A DNA stretch of 64,000 nucleotides from an uncultured Acidobacteriota bacterium (lineage in GTDB: Bacteria; Acidobacteriota; Thermoanaerobaculia; Gp7-AA8), in NCBI GenBank assembly GCA_963741955.1, contig CAVUKB010000010.1, positions 256,001-320,000 of the forward strand. The letters run 5' to 3'. Of the stretch, positions 59,656-64,000 are shown piece after piece (position 1 is the stretch's first letter; each line of letters opens with the position of its first letter). The position numbers were made by a program, and so were the translations under genes. The notes beneath the pieces were generated by a model. The model did not search any database. It was not told where the DNA came from and saw nothing but the letters and a program-made list of their open reading frames with translations.

Positions 59656-60957
59656 ATGCGACGTCTGGTGACGCTTATTGCTCTTTCTGTATTCCTGATC
59701 TCTGTACCGATTGCTACGGCTCGCGAGGGCTTCGGCTTCTCGAAGCGGGCCGTGAAGCTCGACCGGCGCGTTCCTCCCGAAGTGCTCCTGGTGGCGACGA
59801 AGGTGGATGTGCGGGTGAAGGATGACGGGGGATTCACCATTGCTTCGCGACAGCTGCGCGATCTCGTGGAGCAGAAGATGCTCTCGTACGATTCGCGGCT
59901 GATGAAAGAGACGGAGCGGCCGGAGGTGGTGATCGAATTGGATGTCCACGAAGCACGAGCGGACGAGACGTGGGAACAGAAGAGGGAGTACGAGACGCGC
60001 CAGACCGGGACGAAAACCGAGTACGACTCGAAAGGCAACAAGAAGACGAAGGCCGTCTACAGTTCCGTTCCGATCGACGTGAACTACAAGAAGATCTCCG
60101 GGACGGTCGAAGCGAAAGCCCGCGTCGTCGACGCCGCGTCGAAACGGGAGATCTGGAGCGGGGACGCCGTCGCGACGTTCAGGAACTCGTACAAGAAGGG
60201 CGACGGAGCGCCGACCGTGACCGATCTCGAAAAGACGCTGGTCGAGCAGAGTGCGTCGCAGATTGCGGCGAAACTCGTCGGCAGCATCGAAGAGGTCAGC
60301 GTGCTGGTTCCCCGCGGGAGCTTCGACGATCTGGTTCCGGTCGCCGAGCGGGGCGAGTGGGAGACGTATGCTCAGCGGGTCGAGGCGATGCCGCCGAAGA
60401 AGCGTTCCGATGACGAGGCGTTCCGGCAGTACGCGCTCGGCGTGGCCACCGAGGCGCTGGCGTACCGGACCGGGAAGGAAGAGGAGACCATCGAGCGGCT
60501 TCGCCATGCCGGGGAGTACTACCGGAAAGCCGTGGAACTGAACCCGCGGGAAGAGCTCTTCGCGAAGGCGTACGCGAACAACTGGAGTGGCGGAGAGGCG
60601 AGCTCTCCGATCGACCGCGTCGAGTCGGCACTCGCGAATTACGAAAAGTTGCGTCAGTTCCGGGAACGGATCGCCGCCGTCCCTGCCGCGAGTCCGTCCC
60701 CGTCATTGAAACCCGCACTGGTGAACACGGCTGCGTCCGGCGGGCGGGCGTCCGCAGCGACCAGGTCTGCGAAACGGATTCGTAATGACGACGTGATCGC
60801 GATGGCGAAGGCGGGACTCGGCGACGAGAACATCGTCCTCGCGATCGACGCCGCCGGTGCGAAGGAATTCGATCTCTCTCCCGACGGACTGATCGCTCTC
60901 TCCAAAGCGGGCGTGAGTCGTACTGTGATCGCCCACATGCAGAAGAGCCGCAAATAG
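59656..60957 (+). CDS. Secreted hypothetical protein with TPR-like segment
   Basis: GGAGG RBS; signal peptide; YYRKAVELNP; C-terminal NDDVIAMAKAGL..FDLSPDGLIAL domain. Confidence 0.8.
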   Translation: MRRLVTLIALSVFLISVPIATAREGFGFSKRAVKLDRRVPPEVLLVATKVDVRVKDDGGFTIASRQLRDLVEQKMLSYDSRLMKETERPEVVIELDVHEARADETWEQKREYETRQTGTKTEYDSKGNKKTKAVYSSVPIDVNYKKISGTVEAKARVVDAASKREIWSGDAVATFRNSYKKGDGAPTVTDLEKTLVEQSASQIAAKLVGSIEEVSVLVPRGSFDDLVPVAERGEWETYAQRVEAMPPKKRSDDEAFRQYALGVATEALAYRTGKEEETIERLRHAGEYYRKAVELNPREELFAKAYANNWSGGEASSPIDRVESALANYEKLRQFRERIAAVPAASPSPSLKPALVNTAASGGRASAATRSAKRIRNDDVIAMAKAGLGDENIVLAIDAAGAKEFDLSPDGLIALSKAGVSRTVIAHMQKSRK

Positions 60958-61088
60958 AAGGAGTTCGTGTCCGGGATGGCTGACGACTCGAGTTGATGGC
61001 TGCCACTGGTGCGCACGCATTCCGCCGTGAGTGCAATCATCACGAACGGAGTACGGAACGAGGCGGGTGCTGCTGGCTCGGCGCCGGC

Positions 61089-61211
61089 TCAGTACGACGA
61101 GCGTCGCTTCGGCACCTTCGCGCGCTTCCGGTCGTCCTGAATTGCATCGCGAAGCACCTTCCCTGCATATGCAGCGACGAGAACGAGTCCAACAACGAGC
61201 CATGGAAACAT
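61089..61211 (-). CDS. 40-aa hydrophobic membrane peptide
   Basis: AGGAG RBS; MFPWLVVGLVLVAAYAGKVLRDAIQDDRKRAKVPKRRSSY; below ORF-track cutoff. Confidence 0.6.
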   Translation of the reverse strand: MFPWLVVGLVLVAAYAGKVLRDAIQDDRKRAKVPKRRSSY

Positions 61212-61452
61212 GGTCTTATCTCCTGATCACGAAGACACGTCACCCGTGTGTCGGTGGGATGCTGCGTGATCCAGTCATGGACTGAGAGGGAAGGTTCCAG
61301 GCAGCACGACTCAGTTCGTGCGCTCTGATCCACCGTTGAAGATTCGCTGGTGTAAGAACATGATACCGCGTTTGCGCGTCTGGGGGTGTCAACTTGAAGT
61401 GAACTCCGGCGCCCGCGGCCGCCCCGCGTCCGGAATTCCGCCCTTCAGGCCG

Positions 61453-61461
61453 TGTTATAGT
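61453..61461 (+). promoter_or_regulatory. Extended -10 promoter TGnTATAGT upstream of the RRM gene
   Basis: Matches sigma70 extended -10; implies a ~175-nt 5' leader. Confidence 0.45.
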
Positions 61462-61643
61462 GAATGAGCCGCGGAATCCTCCTCGGATGTCGGCCGATCG
61501 AGCTAAGTCGATTTCGGACCGGCCCTACCGTTTCTTAGCCTGACAAACGCCCGTTCCTCGCACAGGTTGCGCGCTGCACGCTTGCGTGAGGTGTTCTTCT
61601 GGCCAGGCCGGACGGGCTCGCAGGGCGAGCGAGAGGAGTTCTC

Positions 61644-61904
61644 TTGAAACTGCACATCGGCAATCTTCCCAAATCAACCACTGAATCCGAGCTCAAGGAG
61701 TTGATCGGAGCCTTCGGTCAGCCCGCTACCCTCGAGATCATCAAAGACTCCGACGGATCCTCGAAGGGCTTCGGCTTCGTCGAGTTCTCGGACAACGGAC
61801 AGGCCCAGGCGGCGATCGCAGGTCTCGACGGCAAAGATGTCGGAGGCCGGACTCTGCGGGTCAGTGAAGCACGTCCCCGCCGGACTGACGGTCCGCGACA
61901 CTGA
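61644..61904 (+). CDS. RRM RNA-binding protein
   Basis: LHIGNL (RNP2), KGFGFVEF (RNP1), LRVSEARP; TTG start with GAGGAG RBS. Confidence 0.92.
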   Translation: MKLHIGNLPKSTTESELKELIGAFGQPATLEIIKDSDGSSKGFGFVEFSDNGQAQAAIAGLDGKDVGGRTLRVSEARPRRTDGPRH

Positions 61905-61989
61905 ATCCGAACCCGTGTACCGGAGGGGAGCGGCTCGTCTGCTCCCCCGTCCGGATCAACACCGTCACGACCAGCTCCAAGGAGGAGAG

Positions 61990-62220
61990 ATGAAGAAAGC
62001 AGCCACCGCGGCGACACCGAAAGAGAAACGGGGAAAAATCCCGGTCTCTGAAACCAACATCAACAAGGCGGCTGCCCGCCTTCTCCATGCCAAGCTCGTC
62101 TCGACCGAGATCTTCTACGTCCAGCGCGAGCTCGGCTCCACGGCAACTCAGGCCGACGTCGACGCGAAGGTCGTCGAAGTGCGACGCCTCCCCTGGGAGA
62201 GCATCGCAATGCCCGACTGA
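61990..62220 (+). CDS. Small hypothetical protein
   Basis: AAGGAGGAG RBS; 76 aa MKKAATAATPKEK... Confidence 0.7.
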   Translation: MKKAATAATPKEKRGKIPVSETNINKAAARLLHAKLVSTEIFYVQRELGSTATQADVDAKVVEVRRLPWESIAMPD

Positions 62221-62579
62221 GTTCGCCTGTCGCCCTCGTGCGAAGCCGTCCCCGGGAAGGAGACTGCGCGCGAGATCCGCCCGGTCGCGAGTGACTGTCG
62301 CGGGTTCCCACCGAAGTACTCGATGCGGAAGCCGGCGCTCCGGCGTCGCGATCCCGATTTTTCACACGTCTCTGCTGTGGGTGCGGGGATAGCGGGGGGC
62401 GTCTGCTGCGTTGCGCCCGCTTCGCCCGATCGACGTGCCGCGCGGGTCCATCACGAAAGGTGCTGCAGGAGGCGCCGGATCCGCTCGTGTTTCGTGACCA
62501 ACGTCACGTTTTCATGTGATAAGGCCGCTCACGCCTCTCCATCGGCCGATGCTTCACTCTCCTGCAAGGATCTCGAGTG

Positions 62580-64000
62580 ATGCTTTCGATTCTTCTGGTG
62601 GACTTCTTCTCGCGGGGAGCGACTCTTGCGGTCAGCCGCGAGATCACGATCGCCCCCTGGTGGATCGTCACCGCGGTGGCGGCCGTGATCTCGCTGTTGT
62701 TCTTCTTCCATGGATGGCGGGCGGCTGCTCGCAGCCTGGTCGAAGGGCGCGGCACGACCATGAAGTTGCTGCGTGTCCTCCTGATCGCGAGTGTGACGGT
62801 GCCGTTCGCCACAGACGAGTTCCTTCGCGCGCTCGGCAGCGGAGGGATCTTCGACTCCGCGACGATCGAATCGCTGGAGAAGATCGTCGTGGCGACTCTG
62901 CTGGGACTGATCATCCTGTACGCAGCGAAGTCGGTGCAGAGGAGTGAACGGCTCCGGCTGGCGGCGCTCGAGGAGTTGAGGACGAGCCGGGAACATCTTC
63001 AGCTGCAGATCGATTCGATGCCGTTCGCGTACATCACCTGTTCACCGGCGATGCTGATCACCCGATGGAACCCGGCGGCGGAGAAAATCTTCGGATGGAC
63101 CGCCGAGGAGATCGTCGGAAGAGGTGCAGACGTGCTGACTCCGGAGTACAGCGATCTGATGTCCGCCGGGTTCGAGGAAGAAACGGCTGGCGGTGGCGGG
63201 CGACAGAGCGTCACACCGAAGCGGTCGAAGAGCGGCCGGATCATCCTCTGCCGGTGGGAAGAAACGGCTCTGGTCGACGACCAGGGCAATCTCGTCGAGC
63301 TCATTGCCATGGCCAGTGACGTCACTGCCGAGCAACGGGCGCAGAGAGAGTTCCAGGATGCCGAGAGACGTCACCGGGAGCTTCTGGACACGCTTCCGCA
63401 CTGCATCTTCAGTGTGGATCTGCACGATCGGTACACCGCCGTGAATGCCGCGACCTGCGAATTCTTCGGGCTCCCCGAGGCTGAGATCATCGGACGCTCA
63501 CCGCTCGAGATCGGATTGCCGGCGGAGCTGAGCCGGGAATGGCTCGAACAAAAAGCGTCATGCCGCCAGGCGGGAAGGACGCTGGTTTTCGATCGACGGG
63601 TGACGGTTCGAGGCGAAGCTCGCATGCACGAGACGATTCTCTCTCCGATGCGAGCCGGTGACGGTTCGATCATCGGAGTCACGGGAATCTCGATCGACGT
63701 GACGGAACTTCGCGACGCCGAGGAGACCGCATCGGAGCTCCTGCGCGCGGTCGAGCAGCTCGACGAAGTGATCTTCATTACTGACCGTGAAGGGGCCATC
63801 ACGTATGTGAACCCCGCATTCGAGCGCGTCTACGGGTTTGAACAACACGAGGTGCTCGGTCAGACGCCGCGGCTGCTCAAGAGCGGCGAGCTCACCCCGG
63901 AAGCAGTACGGCATTTCTGGTCCGAGATCATCGCCGGACGGAACGTCCGCGCTGAATATCGCAATCGGCGGAAAGACGGAACGCTGGTGACCGTCATCGC
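62580..64000 (+). CDS. Membrane-anchored multi-PAS sensor protein (5' part, runs off window)
   Basis: Own translation: about 3 TM helices, then PAS motifs WNPAAEKIFGW, VNAATCEFFG, YVNPAFERVYG. Confidence 0.8.
   Translation, partial: MLSILLVDFFSRGATLAVSREITIAPWWIVTAVAAVISLLFFFHGWRAAARSLVEGRGTTMKLLRVLLIASVTVPFATDEFLRALGSGGIFDSATIESLEKIVVATLLGLIILYAAKSVQRSERLRLAALEELRTSREHLQLQIDSMPFAYITCSPAMLITRWNPAAEKIFGWTAEEIVGRGADVLTPEYSDLMSAGFEEETAGGGGRQSVTPKRSKSGRIILCRWEETALVDDQGNLVELIAMASDVTAEQRAQREFQDAERRHRELLDTLPHCIFSVDLHDRYTAVNAATCEFFGLPEAEIIGRSPLEIGLPAELSREWLEQKASCRQAGRTLVFDRRVTVRGEARMHETILSPMRAGDGSIIGVTGISIDVTELRDAEETASELLRAVEQLDEVIFITDREGAITYVNPAFERVYGFEQHEVLGQTPRLLKSGELTPEAVRHFWSEIIAGRNVRAEYRNRRKDGTLVTVI

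Noticed and set aside
61360-61392. Minus-strand sigma70 promoter TTGACA...TATCAT for the 40-aa peptide
   Set aside because: Spacing is 21 bp, too long for a canonical promoter
1-64000. tRNA, rRNA, prophage or defence genes
   Set aside because: No cloverleaf, rRNA-like tract, or phage structural, integrase or defence motifs recognised by eye

Overview
GC-rich bacterial chromosomal window with about 60 supportable CDSs. The gene style suggests Acidobacteriota, possibly Thermoanaerobaculia (inference only). It carries housekeeping and metabolic genes (speA, hslO, fabH, DEAD-box helicase, ABC-F/Uup, coaA, glpK, threonine aldolase), anaerobic redox modules (2-oxoacid oxidoreductase with a gamma-GltD-ferredoxin fusion, tetraheme cytochrome c3, octaheme cytochrome c, molybdopterin oxidoreductase) and several signalling genes. 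Mobile and repeat DNA includes one IS1182-family element, four copies of a 177-bp MITE, REP-like tandem arrays and many intergenic palindromes with heptamer-repeat arms. No rRNA, tRNA or CRISPR array was found. Most notable: (1) an ECF sigma factor, a soluble zinc-anti-sigma/TPR protein and a small secreted propeptide gene arranged like an RRNPP (Rap-Phr-type) peptide-signalling cassette but with a sigma-factor output; (2) an ECF sigma whose anti-sigma is fused to Ogt and Ada alkylation-sensing domains; (3) a peroxiredoxin with an in-frame UGA at the catalytic Cys position (probable selenoprotein) next to a Cys-type PrdB homolog; (4) a MITE insertion that supplies a near-identical replacement start for the gene it interrupted. 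All product calls come from motif recognition by eye; no searches were run.
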